Shown: positions 46,631-56,662, counted from the stretch's first letter. The stretch: DNA of 64,000 bases from Tissierellia bacterium (GCA_012838225.1 DUPT01000038.1:10557-74556); one strand, 5' to 3'. Made by a program: numbers and translations. The notes: a model not told the origin generated them from the sequence alone.

Positions 46631-47973
46631 TTTGCCTCCTTGGACTGAAAAAAAGACGCCAGATCCTCCTGCCACCGCTGGGTCTCGACCATAAACAGGG
46701 TGGTTTCTTTGATGCTTTGAATGCGACGAAGTCCCGTTTTATCGATCCGTTTCGATACGGCATTGGAGCCGAGTGAGATGATCTCATGCGCATCCTCCAT
46801 CATTCGGATATTGTAGATACAAGCGGTGGTGTCTCTTTCATACCCGACATTCTCCCCATGGGACAACATATTCTTTTGTCGATAGAGATAATACGGATGA
46901 TAGCCGGCCGCTCGAAGCGCCTGATAGCCGCCGCGAAGCATGGCTCTGACGCCCGATTCGCTCAGTGGCTGATCGCGCAGGGCGGAGCCTCGCTTTTGTG
47001 ACAGATTGTGGACGGTGATATTTGACGGCCGCAGATCGATCAATCGATCGAGCGAATCAAGAAAACTCGCGACCGATTCACCGGGCAGACCCGCGATCAA
47101 ATCGGAGTTTACGATCACCCCCCGGTCTTCAAAGTGGCGGATCAACTCGCCGGTCTGATGGATATGGGCCCGGTTGACGCCTTGGAGGACCCGTTCATTG
47201 AAGGTCTGGGGATTGATACAGATCCGATCGACCGTCTCTAGGATCTCGATGTGCCGGTCGCTAAAGGTATCGATCCGGCCGGCTTCGATGGTGAACTCCT
47301 TCACCTCACTTCTGGGGATGATTGTATCGATCGCCGAGATCAATTCACCCAACAACTCCGGCGGCAAGGCCGTCGGTGTCCCGCCACCCAGGTAGACGAC
47401 ATCGACGACTCGTTCATCAGCCCTTAGATGATCGCCTAATTGCTTGAGGCCCTGCAGCAACACCGTCACATAGTCTCGGGCCAGTCTTTTTTGATAGGGC
47501 TTGGTATGAAAGTTGCAGTAGCTACAGATGCTCGGACAAAACGGGATCGATAGAAAGAGCGACAATTTGTCCCGGTCGCTCCGATAGATCGCCTGCTGGT
47601 GCTTGAGCGTCTCAAACAGCAGCTCGATCTTTTGCGGCTGGAGCAGGATGTTCCTAGCCAGATGCTGCTTGATGGCTTCTGTCTCCCAGCCCTGATCGAT
47701 CAGGCTGTGGACCAGCTTAAGCGGTCGTACGCCCAGCAGCGTCCCCCACTCGGTCTGAGACGGCGTGAGGGTCTCAAGGTACTCATAGATCTCTGCCAGC
47801 TCCCGACCCGGTGTCAGTCGGATGATCCGATCGCCATGGATCAGCTCGTTGAAATCAACGATAAAATCAGGCGCCTCATCAGTCCAGATATTATGCTCGA
47901 AGAAGCTGTCAAAAATGGTCTGAAATTTTAGATGGTTATTAAAATCAAGGATCGATACTCTCATAGGTTTCAC
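46627..47973 (-). CDS. radical SAM protein of the HemN/HemZ/HemW (oxygen-independent coproporphyrinogen-III-oxidase-like) family
   Basis: CPSICSYCNF (CX3CX2C), GGGTP, and a HemN-like C-terminal part. The N-terminal extension of about 140 aa resembles HemZ. Confidence 0.75.
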   Translation of the reverse strand: MKPMRVSILDFNNHLKFQTIFDSFFEHNIWTDEAPDFIVDFNELIHGDRIIRLTPGRELAEIYEYLETLTPSQTEWGTLLGVRPLKLVHSLIDQGWETEAIKQHLARNILLQPQKIELLFETLKHQQAIYRSDRDKLSLFLSIPFCPSICSYCNFHTKPYQKRLARDYVTVLLQGLKQLGDHLRADERVVDVVYLGGGTPTALPPELLGELISAIDTIIPRSEVKEFTIEAGRIDTFSDRHIEILETVDRICINPQTFNERVLQGVNRAHIHQTGELIRHFEDRGVIVNSDLIAGLPGESVASFLDSLDRLIDLRPSNITVHNLSQKRGSALRDQPLSESGVRAMLRGGYQALRAAGYHPYYLYRQKNMLSHGENVGYERDTTACIYNIRMMEDAHEIISLGSNAVSKRIDKTGLRRIQSIKETTLFMVETQRWQEDLASFFQSKEAK

Positions 47974-48116
47974 CTATCTTATGATACCAAATCTAGCCGA
48001 TGATTGGGATAAGAAACGATTGGAAATAAAAACTTCCGCCAATTGCTACTCGTTAAAAAAATAATTTCTGGCTATCATCGAATTGGAGTTATCGGTAAAC
48101 AATAATCGGAGTCGAG

Positions 48117-48233
48117 ATGAAAAGAAATATCCTAGGCATTGGCATTACGATCGGACTGGTGCTTGGACTGCTGTCACACGATCCCTCCGGTGCCGGCCAG
48201 CTAAAGGTAGAGCTGCTGGCGTGGGCTGAGTAG
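48117..48233 (+). CDS. possible 38-aa small membrane protein
   Basis: MKRNILGIGITIGLVLGLLSHDPSGAGQLKVELLAWAE. GGAG lies 5 nt upstream. The ORF is GC-richer than the surrounding AT-rich spacer and is followed by the 48243-48268 hairpin. Confidence 0.3.
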   Translation: MKRNILGIGITIGLVLGLLSHDPSGAGQLKVELLAWAE

Positions 48234-48235
48234 AC

Positions 48236-48273
48236 CACAAAAAAGGATCAGCCATCCATCGCTGATCCTTTTC
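48236..48273. terminator. bidirectional terminator (end of the rel-dtd-MBL string and of the small plus-strand ORF)
   Basis: AGGATCAGC-N8-GCTGATCCT, flanked by A6 on one side and TTTTCC on the other. Confidence 0.65.
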
Positions 48274-48305
48274 CTATTACCTGATTAAAGCCGGACTGGA
48301 CGTCC

Positions 48306-48917
48306 CTAGCCCACAAACGGGTTTCGTTCCTTCTCATAGGCGATGCTGGTCGCCACCCCGTGACCGGGATAGACCGGCATATCCTTAAGCGTAAAAATTT
48401 TCGATTTGATCGAGTTCATCAGCGCTTGCCCATCACCGCCGTAGAGGTCCCAGCGGCCGACCCCCATCTTAAACAGGGTATCGCCTGAGAAGAGCTGGTC
48501 ATTGATCAGCAAACAGCTCGAGCCTTTGGTATGACCCGGGGTGTGGATGATCTCTACCCGGATATCGCCCAGGTCGAGTCGATCCTTATCCTGATAGACG
48601 ATCGCTCCCTCGATCGAGATGTCGTAGCCATAGACACCCTTGGACAGGTTGTGTTTGGGGTTTTGAAGCATCTCGTCATCGGCTTGATGGATATAGACAT
48701 CGACATGATATTTGTCGCGGTAGTATTCCGCCCCGCCGATATGATCGGCGTGGCCGTGGGTCAAGACGATGGCCTGAAGCTCATAGCCTCTCTCCTCGAT
48801 CAGCTCATCGACCTTGGGGATGATGGTGCCGGGGTCGATCATGATGACCTGCTTGCCTGCTCCGACTAGGTATAGATTGACTCCCATGCCGGGCGTGATA
48901 AAACGTTCCAATATCAT
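48306..48917 (-). CDS. MBL-fold metallo-hydrolase (glyoxalase II-like)
   Basis: THGHADHIGG and HTPGHT motifs. 203 aa. Confidence 0.85.
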   Translation of the reverse strand: MILERFITPGMGVNLYLVGAGKQVIMIDPGTIIPKVDELIEERGYELQAIVLTHGHADHIGGAEYYRDKYHVDVYIHQADDEMLQNPKHNLSKGVYGYDISIEGAIVYQDKDRLDLGDIRVEIIHTPGHTKGSSCLLINDQLFSGDTLFKMGVGRWDLYGGDGQALMNSIKSKIFTLKDMPVYPGHGVATSIAYEKERNPFVG

Positions 48918-49360
48918 TTTTGCCTCGAATCCATGATGATCGTTACCGGTCCCGAGTTTAGCAGCTCGACCTGCATCGACTCACCGAAGGCGCCGGTCAC
49001 GACCTCGAGCCCTTGTTGTCGGATGCCTGCGACCACCCGTTCATAGTAGTCGGTCGCCTTGTCCGGCCTAGCGGCCTCGATATACGACGGGCGGTTACCT
49101 TGACGACAATCTCCCAGCAGCGTGAACTGTGATACGATCTGGATCTGGCCGCCGATGTCTTGGACGGACAGATTCATCTTATCGTCATCGTCACTAAAGA
49201 CCCGAAGCTTTGGGATCTTACGGACCATATAGGCGATGTCTTTTTCGGTATCATCGACGGCGACACCTAGAAGGACCATCAGACCCTGATCGATCCGAGA
49301 GATCAATTCTCCCCGGACGGTGACGGATGAATGGCTGACTCGTTGAATGACTGCGATCAT
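48914..49360 (-). CDS. dtd: D-aminoacyl-tRNA deacylase
   Basis: MIAVIQRV...SQFTLLGD...GNRPSY...NSGPVT. 148 aa. Confidence 0.95.
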   Translation of the reverse strand: MIAVIQRVSHSSVTVRGELISRIDQGLMVLLGVAVDDTEKDIAYMVRKIPKLRVFSDDDDKMNLSVQDIGGQIQIVSQFTLLGDCRQGNRPSYIEAARPDKATDYYERVVAGIRQQGLEVVTGAFGESMQVELLNSGPVTIIMDSRQK

Positions 49361-51476
49361 AAGCGGCTGACCTCACTGACATTGGGGACTTGACGAAGTT
49401 TGGTGATGATCCGATTCAGTTCATCGACATCCTTGACATCGAAGTTTAGGATAACGGTCGTGATCTGATTATTGTTGACCTTGGCGTTTAGTCCGCGGAC
49501 GGCCGAGTGTTGGTTTTGCATGGTGGTGGTGATATCACTCAGCAGTCCCGGCCGGTCGGCGCCGATGATCTTGGCCGAAGCCGTGAAGGTCGGGGGCTTA
49601 TCACCGCTCCAGTGGACTTCGATGAAGCGGTCCGAGCCCTCCTCCTCCGGATTGAAATTGGTACAGTTGGAGCGGTGGATCGTGATGCCGGAGCCGCGAG
49701 TGATATAGCCGATGATCGAGTCGCCTCGGATCGGATTACAACACCGGGCAAAGCGCACCATCATATCATCCATGCCCTGGATCGAGATCCCTTGGGGATC
49801 AGTCGTCTTGGGCTTGGCGGCCACTCTCAGTTCTTTTTCTTCTTGAATAAAATCTTCGCGGATCGTCGGCATGATCTGACGCACCAGCGTGTCGCCATAG
49901 CCGACCGATGCGTAGAGATTGTCGATCGTTTTGATGCTCAGCTTATTCAGCAGCGTTTGCTCGATCTTGGGCGTCATCACCTGCTTTAGGCTCAAGCGGT
50001 ATTTCTTGAGCTCGCGCTCGATCATGTCCTTGCCCTTTTCGATATTCTCATGGAAGTTCTGGCGTTTGAAGTAGGCCCGGATCTTATTTCTGGCCTGGCT
50101 CGACTTGACAAAGCTCAGCCAGTCACGCGAGGGTCCCTGAGGGGTTTTGGCCGTCAGGATCTCCACGATATCACCGATCTTTAGGGTGTAGTTAAGCGGA
50201 ACGATCCGGCTGTTGACCTTGGCTCCCACGCAGGAGTGGCCGACATCGGTGTGGATCTTATAGGCAAAATCGACCGGGGTCGCCCCATCGGGCAGCTCAA
50301 TAACACTCCCCTTGGGCGTAAAGACATAGACATGGGTATTGAACAGATCCATCTTGACCGAGTCGATAAATTCGGTCGGATTATCCAGTTCATTCTGCCA
50401 CTCGACCATCTGTTCAAGCCAGCTTAGATTCGAGCCGGAGACCTTATTACCCTCTTTATAGCGCCAGTGGGCCGCGATCCCGAACTCCGCCACTTTATGC
50501 ATCTCCTCCGTCCGGATCTGGACCTCAAAGGTCTCACCGTTATCACTCAGGAGCGTGGTATGGAGGGATTGGTACATATTGGGCTTGGGCATAGCGATAT
50601 AGTCCTTGAAGCGCCCCGGGATCGGCTTCCACTTCGAGTGGATGATGCCCAGCACCCCGTAGCACTGCGAAACTTCCTTGACGATGACCCGAATGGCGGT
50701 CAGATCGTGGATTTCCTCAAAGGAATAGTTCTTGAAGGTCATCTTTTTATAGATACTGTAGAGATTTTTCGGGCGACCATAGATGGTATGCTCGATCTTA
50801 TTGGTATTAAGCGAGGTCGAGATGCTTCGGATGATGTCCTGGATGTCTTTTTCGCGTTCTCGCCGCCGCCGGTCGACCTTTTTTACCAGATCGCGATACA
50901 TCTCGGGCTCTTTGTATAAAAAGGCCAGATCCTCAAGCTCCCATTTGACCTTGAAAATACCTAGGCGGTGGGCGATCGGAACATAGATCTCCAGCGTCTC
51001 CTCGGCCTTTTTGACCTTCGAGGCATCTGATTTATACTTGAGGGTCCGCATATTGTGCAGCCGGTCGGCAGCTTGACCATGATGACGCGGACGTCCTTAC
51101 TCATCGCCAGGAGCATTTTGCGGAAGTTTTCCGCCTGCTGCAGCTCGAGTGATTCGTATTGGATGCGCTCGATCTTCGTCACGCCCTCGACGATCTCGGC
51201 CACATCCTTGCCAAAGAGCTCCTGGATCGTATCGTGATCGTATTTGGTATCCTCGATCACATCGTGGAGCAGACCGGCGATGATCGTGTCTTCATCGAGC
51301 TCGAGCTCAGCCAGGATGATCGCCACCTGGATCGGATGCGAGATATAGGGCTCGCCACTGGAGCGGTACTGTCCGGCGTGGGCTTTTTCGGCCAGCCGGT
51401 AGGCTTCGCTTACCCGGTTTTCCTGAAATATGATATTGAGTTCATGCAGTCGTTTCAGAAAATCCTGCAGATCCAT
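49357..51476 (-). pseudogene. relA: bifunctional (p)ppGpp synthetase/hydrolase Rel (RelA/SpoT homolog), frame broken by a 1-nt deletion near 51064-51071
   Basis: ORF 50961-51476 has the HD hydrolase motifs HPIQVA...LLHDVIEDT and ends out of frame after DVRVIMVKL. ORF 49357-51051 starts MRTLKY and carries the synthetase, TGS and ACT parts. Adding one base restores KLADRLHNMRTLK. Confidence 0.85.
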
Positions 51477-51479
51477 ACA

Positions 51480-51998
51480 TCAATCCTCGTAGTAGACCAC
51501 CGATTTGACCTCATAGCCGTCTAGGACGTCTCGCCCCGGCAAAAAGCCCAATTCGATCAAGTAGAGACATGCCACGACCGTTGCCCCGAGTTTTTCAGCC
51601 ATCTTGATCATCGCACTCGAGGTGCCGCCGGTCGCTAACAGATCATCGACGATCAACACCCGGTCTCCCTCTTTTAAGGAGTCGCGGTGGATCTCCAAGG
51701 CGTCCGTGCCGTATTCGAGATCATACTCATAGTGATAGACCTCGGCCGGAAGCTTGCCGGGCTTTCGCACCGGGATAAAGCCCTTATTCAGGACATAGGC
51801 GATCGGTGTCCCCAGGACAAAGCCCCGGGCCTCCGCCGCCAGGATATAATCGAAATCGTAGTTGACGGCCAGTTCGACCAGGGCATCGATCCCGGCTCGA
51901 AAGGCCTTGGGATCATGCAATAAAGTCGTGATGTCTTTAAAGCTGATGCCGGCTTTGGGATAGTCTTCAACCACCCGGATGGTGTCGATCAAGTTCAT
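51480..51998 (-). CDS. apt: adenine phosphoribosyltransferase
   Basis: VLIVDDLLATGGT PRPP motif. Start at ATG 51998, behind GGAGGATTATC. Confidence 0.92.
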   Translation of the reverse strand: MNLIDTIRVVEDYPKAGISFKDITTLLHDPKAFRAGIDALVELAVNYDFDYILAAEARGFVLGTPIAYVLNKGFIPVRKPGKLPAEVYHYEYDLEYGTDALEIHRDSLKEGDRVLIVDDLLATGGTSSAMIKMAEKLGATVVACLYLIELGFLPGRDVLDGYEVKSVVYYED

Positions 51999-54084
51999 GA
52001 TAATCCTCCAAAATTCTTTGGGATTTTCGATAGAAGGCCGACTCGAACAGATCCAGCTTTTGGGCCTGATCATGCCATTGCAGCTTCACAAGGAAATCAT
52101 TCTTAGTATACGTCAAAAGTCCCAGGCTTTCAAACAGTTTGAGCTGCAGACACAGTCGAAGCGGATCGGACTGCCGCAACAGATCGATCCCCTCGACCTG
52201 ACGCTTCAAGGCTTTATAGCCCTCGACCAGATCCGGCCTGGTCGGCAGATGCTCGGTAAACTCCGCCAGATCGGCCCGGTCGGTCTGCTCGAGATCTCCC
52301 AGCGTTGTCGCCGGCGCTTGGCCCAAAAGAAGGGCTCGCTCGAGACCGATCCGTCCGTGATGGACTGCCGCCGGGTCATAGCTTAGGACCAGCTGCCACA
52401 GCCGATCGACCTCATCAAAGAAGACCGGGCTTTTCACCGTCAGGCGAAAATCACTCAAACGATAGTCGCGAAGCATCAGCTGAAGCTGACTCACCCCCTG
52501 GAAGGTGTTTTTTTCCAGCCCGAACAAGACATCATAGTATTCTCCGAGCTGCCAGTCGGCTTCGGTGACAGAGAAGCTCACCATCCGAAGCGTCCGATTG
52601 GCGATCACAAACTCCAGTGCGGCCGCTGTCTGATTTTTTCCCATCAGCCGGATATTTTGCAGCTTCAGTCGATCGAGCCGAAACAGCGGTGCGGGATTGC
52701 CCGCCCCAAACGGCTCGAGTCGTTCGAGCTGATCGAGAAACTCCAGCCGGATATCGGCCAGCTCGATCGGAAAATAATCATAGCGCGGGATCAGATCGTC
52801 TTCACTCAGATGCTCCTTGGCAAAGGCCTGGATGTCGCTTCGAAAAGCCGACAGATCCTCGGGCGAAAGCTCGAGTCCGGCCGCCACCTGATGGCCGCCA
52901 AAGCGCACTAGGTGCCGGCGAGTGGCCTTCAGGGCCTCCAACAGAGAAAAGCCTCCCAGCGAGCGGCCTGAGCCCTTTAGGCTCTCCCCTTCATTTAAAA
53001 GGATGACCGGTCGGCGGTAGTGCTCACACGCCTTGGAGGCGGCCAGCCCCAAGACACCGCTCAACCAATCCCGTCCCTCCTCCACGATCATCGGCGGCAC
53101 CTTGGTGATCCGCTGCTTCAGATCACGCAGGATCTTTTCAGTCGCTTGGCGTCTGGCCTGATTGGCCGCGATCAAGTCCCGAATGATGCCCTCCAGCTCA
53201 AACGGGTCGTCCTCCGTCAACAATTCATAGGCCGGCCAAGGCGAGTCCATCCGTCCGGCGGCATTTAGCAGCGGCCCGATCCGAAACGCCAGATCGCTGG
53301 CCCGAAGCTCACCAAACAGCTTCAGCTCACGTAGCAGCATCCGCAGGCCTCTGATGGCCGTCGTTTGAAAAAGCGGCAGTCCCCGGCGAACGATCCAGCG
53401 GTTTTCACCCAATAGAGCCATCACATCGGCTACCGTCCCCAGCGCCGTCAGCTCCAAGATCCCCGGGGGCAGTTCATAGCCCAGGCTCTCCAGTCGCCTT
53501 AACAGCTTATAGGCTACGCCGACTCCGGCCAGATCGCGAAAAGGATAGTCGGCCAGCTTCGGATTGACCACCAGCGTATCGGGCAAGCTTTCCGCCGGCT
53601 CGTGGTGATCGGTGATGATGACCTCGATCCCCCGCTGCTGCAGCAGGGCCACCTCCTCGATCGAACCGATCCCGCAATCGACCGTGATCAACAGATCGAT
53701 CTCACCCACCAGTGAGACACTCTTTCGATTCAGTCCATAGCCCTCCCGGTAGCGATTGGGCAGATAGATGACGGGCTCGATGCCGTGATGGCGCAGAAAC
53801 CGAGTCCAGACGGCGGCCGAGGTGACACCGTCGACATCATAATCACCAAACACCCCGATCCGCTCTTTTTTTTCGATTGCCTGAGCGATCCGGCGAGCGG
53901 CCGCCGGCTCATCCTTCATCGGCTGCAAGATGAGCCTCGGCTCAAGGAAGTCCCGGATGGCCTGTTCGGTCACGAAGCGGGCGTATAAAAGATTGCTCAA
54001 AGACAAAGAAAGCCCTAAATCCAGGGCTTGACTTTGTGTGATGCTTGATTCGATTTTATTCCAGCGGGTGGGATGGAGTCTCAT
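51967..54084 (-). CDS. recJ: single-stranded-DNA-specific exonuclease RecJ
   Basis: DHH motifs GDYDVDGVTS, ITVDCG, ITDHH, and DHHA1 GGHQVAAG. 705 aa. Confidence 0.9.
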   Translation of the reverse strand: MRLHPTRWNKIESSITQSQALDLGLSLSLSNLLYARFVTEQAIRDFLEPRLILQPMKDEPAAARRIAQAIEKKERIGVFGDYDVDGVTSAAVWTRFLRHHGIEPVIYLPNRYREGYGLNRKSVSLVGEIDLLITVDCGIGSIEEVALLQQRGIEVIITDHHEPAESLPDTLVVNPKLADYPFRDLAGVGVAYKLLRRLESLGYELPPGILELTALGTVADVMALLGENRWIVRRGLPLFQTTAIRGLRMLLRELKLFGELRASDLAFRIGPLLNAAGRMDSPWPAYELLTEDDPFELEGIIRDLIAANQARRQATEKILRDLKQRITKVPPMIVEEGRDWLSGVLGLAASKACEHYRRPVILLNEGESLKGSGRSLGGFSLLEALKATRRHLVRFGGHQVAAGLELSPEDLSAFRSDIQAFAKEHLSEDDLIPRYDYFPIELADIRLEFLDQLERLEPFGAGNPAPLFRLDRLKLQNIRLMGKNQTAAALEFVIANRTLRMVSFSVTEADWQLGEYYDVLFGLEKNTFQGVSQLQLMLRDYRLSDFRLTVKSPVFFDEVDRLWQLVLSYDPAAVHHGRIGLERALLLGQAPATTLGDLEQTDRADLAEFTEHLPTRPDLVEGYKALKRQVEGIDLLRQSDPLRLCLQLKLFESLGLLTYTKNDFLVKLQWHDQAQKLDLFESAFYRKSQRILEDYHELDRHHPGG

Positions 54085-54394
54085 CGATGGTCTTCGTTTC
54101 CTCTGTCGGGTACAGGCTTCTATCCAAAGTCTTTCGCTGATCGATCAGCTGCTGCTCGAGTCCGGTGATCTGTCGCTTCAGCTCATTCACCTGCGAGCGT
54201 TTTTTGAACTTATCGCCCAAGCCCATGATCCAGCTCAGCCCCATACCGATCAGAACACTGATCCCGATCAGGATCGGCAGAGCGACCTCAAATTTGGCAA
54301 AGATCAGATTGATGGGAACGGACACATTGTTCAAAATGGCAAAGCCGAGTAATAGAACCAGTACCAGCAATAACACGATCAAATATTTCTGCAT
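54056..54394 (-). CDS. LapA-domain (DUF1049) small membrane protein
   Basis: Two TM helices followed by a coiled-coil tail KKRSQVNELKRQITGLEQQL. 112 aa. Confidence 0.6.
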   Translation of the reverse strand: MQKYLIVLLLVLVLLLGFAILNNVSVPINLIFAKFEVALPILIGISVLIGMGLSWIMGLGDKFKKRSQVNELKRQITGLEQQLIDQRKTLDRSLYPTEETKTIDETPSHPLE

Positions 54395-54406
54395 GCCTTG
54401 GCCTCC

Positions 54407-56662
54407 TTAGACACCTCTTCGATTCAAATATACCCAGAGCGGCCCGGCGATAAATATCGAAGAATAGGCCCCGACCAATGTCCCCCACAGCAGCGGGAAG
54501 GCAAACTCTCTGACCGACGACACCCCGAGCAGATACAGCATCAGGATGACGAAGAAGGTCGTCAGGGACGTAAAGAGCGACCGGGTCATGGTCTGACGGA
54601 TCGAGAGATTGGCGATCTCTTCGGGCGTGTCTTTCTTATGGAGCTTCAGATTCTCCCGGATCTTATCGAAGATGACGATGGTGTCATTGATCGAATAGCC
54701 GACGATCGTTAGGATGGCGGCGATAAAGGAGCTCGAGACCGTCGTTCGAAAGATGGCATAGATGGCCAGCAGTGCCAGCGTATCATGCACCAGAGCCGCC
54801 ACCGCCGCAATGCCGTAATTGAGCTTGAAGCGGACCGATACATAGGCCAGGATAGCCAGGGTCGCCAAGCCGATACTGATGATGGCCCGGCGGGAGATCT
54901 CTTGACCGATGGCCGGCCCGAACTGCTCGCCGGCCAGGAAAGCCTCATCACTCAGGCCAAACGCCTGTTGGATCGTGCCAAACAAAGCTTCACGCTCGGC
55001 CGAATCAAGCGGTGTCGTCGTCTTTAGGATGATCTCCTGATTCGCTTCCCCCGCGGTGATGATCGACAGCTCCTCCAGGTCTTGTTCCTTTAGGAGTTCA
55101 TTCACCTCCGCCACCTCGACCGGCTGGGAGAAATCGATATTGAGCAGCGTCCCGCCGGTAAAGTCCACGCCATAGTTGAAGTTCTGGGTGATAAAGAAGC
55201 CCAGACCGATCAGGATGAACAGCACCGAAGCGGCCGCAAAGTACTTGGCATGTTTATAGAAATCGAACCGAAAGCCTAGCTTATCGGGGTCCTGGATGCC
55301 ATAGAGCTTGGGATTGCTCAGGCTCTTGATGCCGGCCATTTGATTGAGCACAAAGCGCGTCACCAGGATGGCGGTCAGCATCGATAGGACGATACCGACG
55401 CTTAGGGTGATGGCAAAGCCCTTGATTGGCCCTTCACCAAAGAAATACAGGATGATGCCTGCCACAAGCGTCGTGACATTGGAGTCGATGATCGCACTCA
55501 TCGCCCGGTGATAGCTGGCCCGGACGGCTGTTCGAAGGGTCTTGCCTAAACCAAGCTCCTCGCGCAGCCTTTCAAAAATGATCACATTGGCATCGACCGC
55601 CATACCGACCGACAGAATCATCCCGGCGATCCCGGGCAGGGTCAGCGTCGCCCCCAGCGCGATCAGCGCCAGGATCGTCAGTGAAGCGTATAAGGCCAGT
55701 GCCAGCATCGCGATCACTCCGGCCAACCGATAGCGCAGGATCATAAACAGGGCGATCGCACCAAAGCCGATCAGACCGGCCAGGACCGATCGATCGAGCG
55801 CATTATAGCCCAGGGTGGCACTGATCAGATTGGTCTGGACCTCCTTGAGCTCGAGCGGCAGCGCACCGCCCTTGATCAGATTCGATAAAAGGATGGCTTC
55901 CTGAGCCGAGAAATTGCCCTCGATCATCAGGTTTTTATCGGTCAGCACCTGAGATACCATCGGGGCCGAGATGACCTCGTCATCAAGCACGATCGCGATC
56001 GAGCCGAGCTTTGTCTCATACGTCTCGACGATCTCTCGGGTAGCATCGGAGAACAGCTTGGCGGCATGATCGTTTAGCTCAAACGTCACGACGTTTTTGC
56101 CTTCGATGGCGGCTACGCCGGCGGTGACCAATTGATCCCCTTGAAACAACAGCTTGCCGTCAAACTTCAGGACTTGCGGCTCGGTCGTTTCGGGTTCGCC
56201 CGTCTCGGGCTCGGTCGTCACCGGGGCCGGCCCCAATTCGATGACCTCGTTGATATTCATGCCCTCGAAGGCGAAGGCGCCCTCGGCCAATTGGTAGAAC
56301 TCGAGGATGGCCGTTTGGCCGATCATGCCGGCGGCTTCGGTCATATCCTTATAGCCCGGCAGCTCCACCCGGATGCGATTGGTGCCTTGCTTTGTGATCT
56401 GTGGTTCGACCAGTCCAAACGAATTGATCCGGCGATCGAGCACCGCCAGGGTATCATTCATCAGGCCGCTAAACTCCCCGTCGCTCATGTCGGCCGGTTG
56501 GTCGGCTTCATAGACGACCGCCACCCCGCCCTCGATATCGAGGCCGAGCTTCAAGTGGTTGGCCAAGGCCCGGTGCGGGCCGACCGACACGAACGACAAT
56601 CCGACGATCGCCAGAATGACTATCACGCTCAAGGCGAGTATCAGTCGGTAATTTCTCTTCAT
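54407..56662 (-). CDS. secDF: protein translocase subunit SecDF (fused)
   Basis: 751 aa. Two 6-TM SecD/SecF modules with LGLDIEGG at the N-terminus and a SecF-like second half. Confidence 0.9.
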   Translation of the reverse strand: MKRNYRLILALSVIVILAIVGLSFVSVGPHRALANHLKLGLDIEGGVAVVYEADQPADMSDGEFSGLMNDTLAVLDRRINSFGLVEPQITKQGTNRIRVELPGYKDMTEAAGMIGQTAILEFYQLAEGAFAFEGMNINEVIELGPAPVTTEPETGEPETTEPQVLKFDGKLLFQGDQLVTAGVAAIEGKNVVTFELNDHAAKLFSDATREIVETYETKLGSIAIVLDDEVISAPMVSQVLTDKNLMIEGNFSAQEAILLSNLIKGGALPLELKEVQTNLISATLGYNALDRSVLAGLIGFGAIALFMILRYRLAGVIAMLALALYASLTILALIALGATLTLPGIAGMILSVGMAVDANVIIFERLREELGLGKTLRTAVRASYHRAMSAIIDSNVTTLVAGIILYFFGEGPIKGFAITLSVGIVLSMLTAILVTRFVLNQMAGIKSLSNPKLYGIQDPDKLGFRFDFYKHAKYFAAASVLFILIGLGFFITQNFNYGVDFTGGTLLNIDFSQPVEVAEVNELLKEQDLEELSIITAGEANQEIILKTTTPLDSAEREALFGTIQQAFGLSDEAFLAGEQFGPAIGQEISRRAIISIGLATLAILAYVSVRFKLNYGIAAVAALVHDTLALLAIYAIFRTTVSSSFIAAILTIVGYSINDTIVIFDKIRENLKLHKKDTPEEIANLSIRQTMTRSLFTSLTTFFVILMLYLLGVSSVREFAFPLLWGTLVGAYSSIFIAGPLWVYLNRRGV

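Noticed and set aside
50961-51051. Possibility that the rel ORF overlap is a programmed ribosomal frameshift
   Set aside because: There is no slippery heptamer or downstream structure at the junction. The defect is a plain one-base loss inside a conserved codon series. Mutation or sequencing error is the simpler reading.
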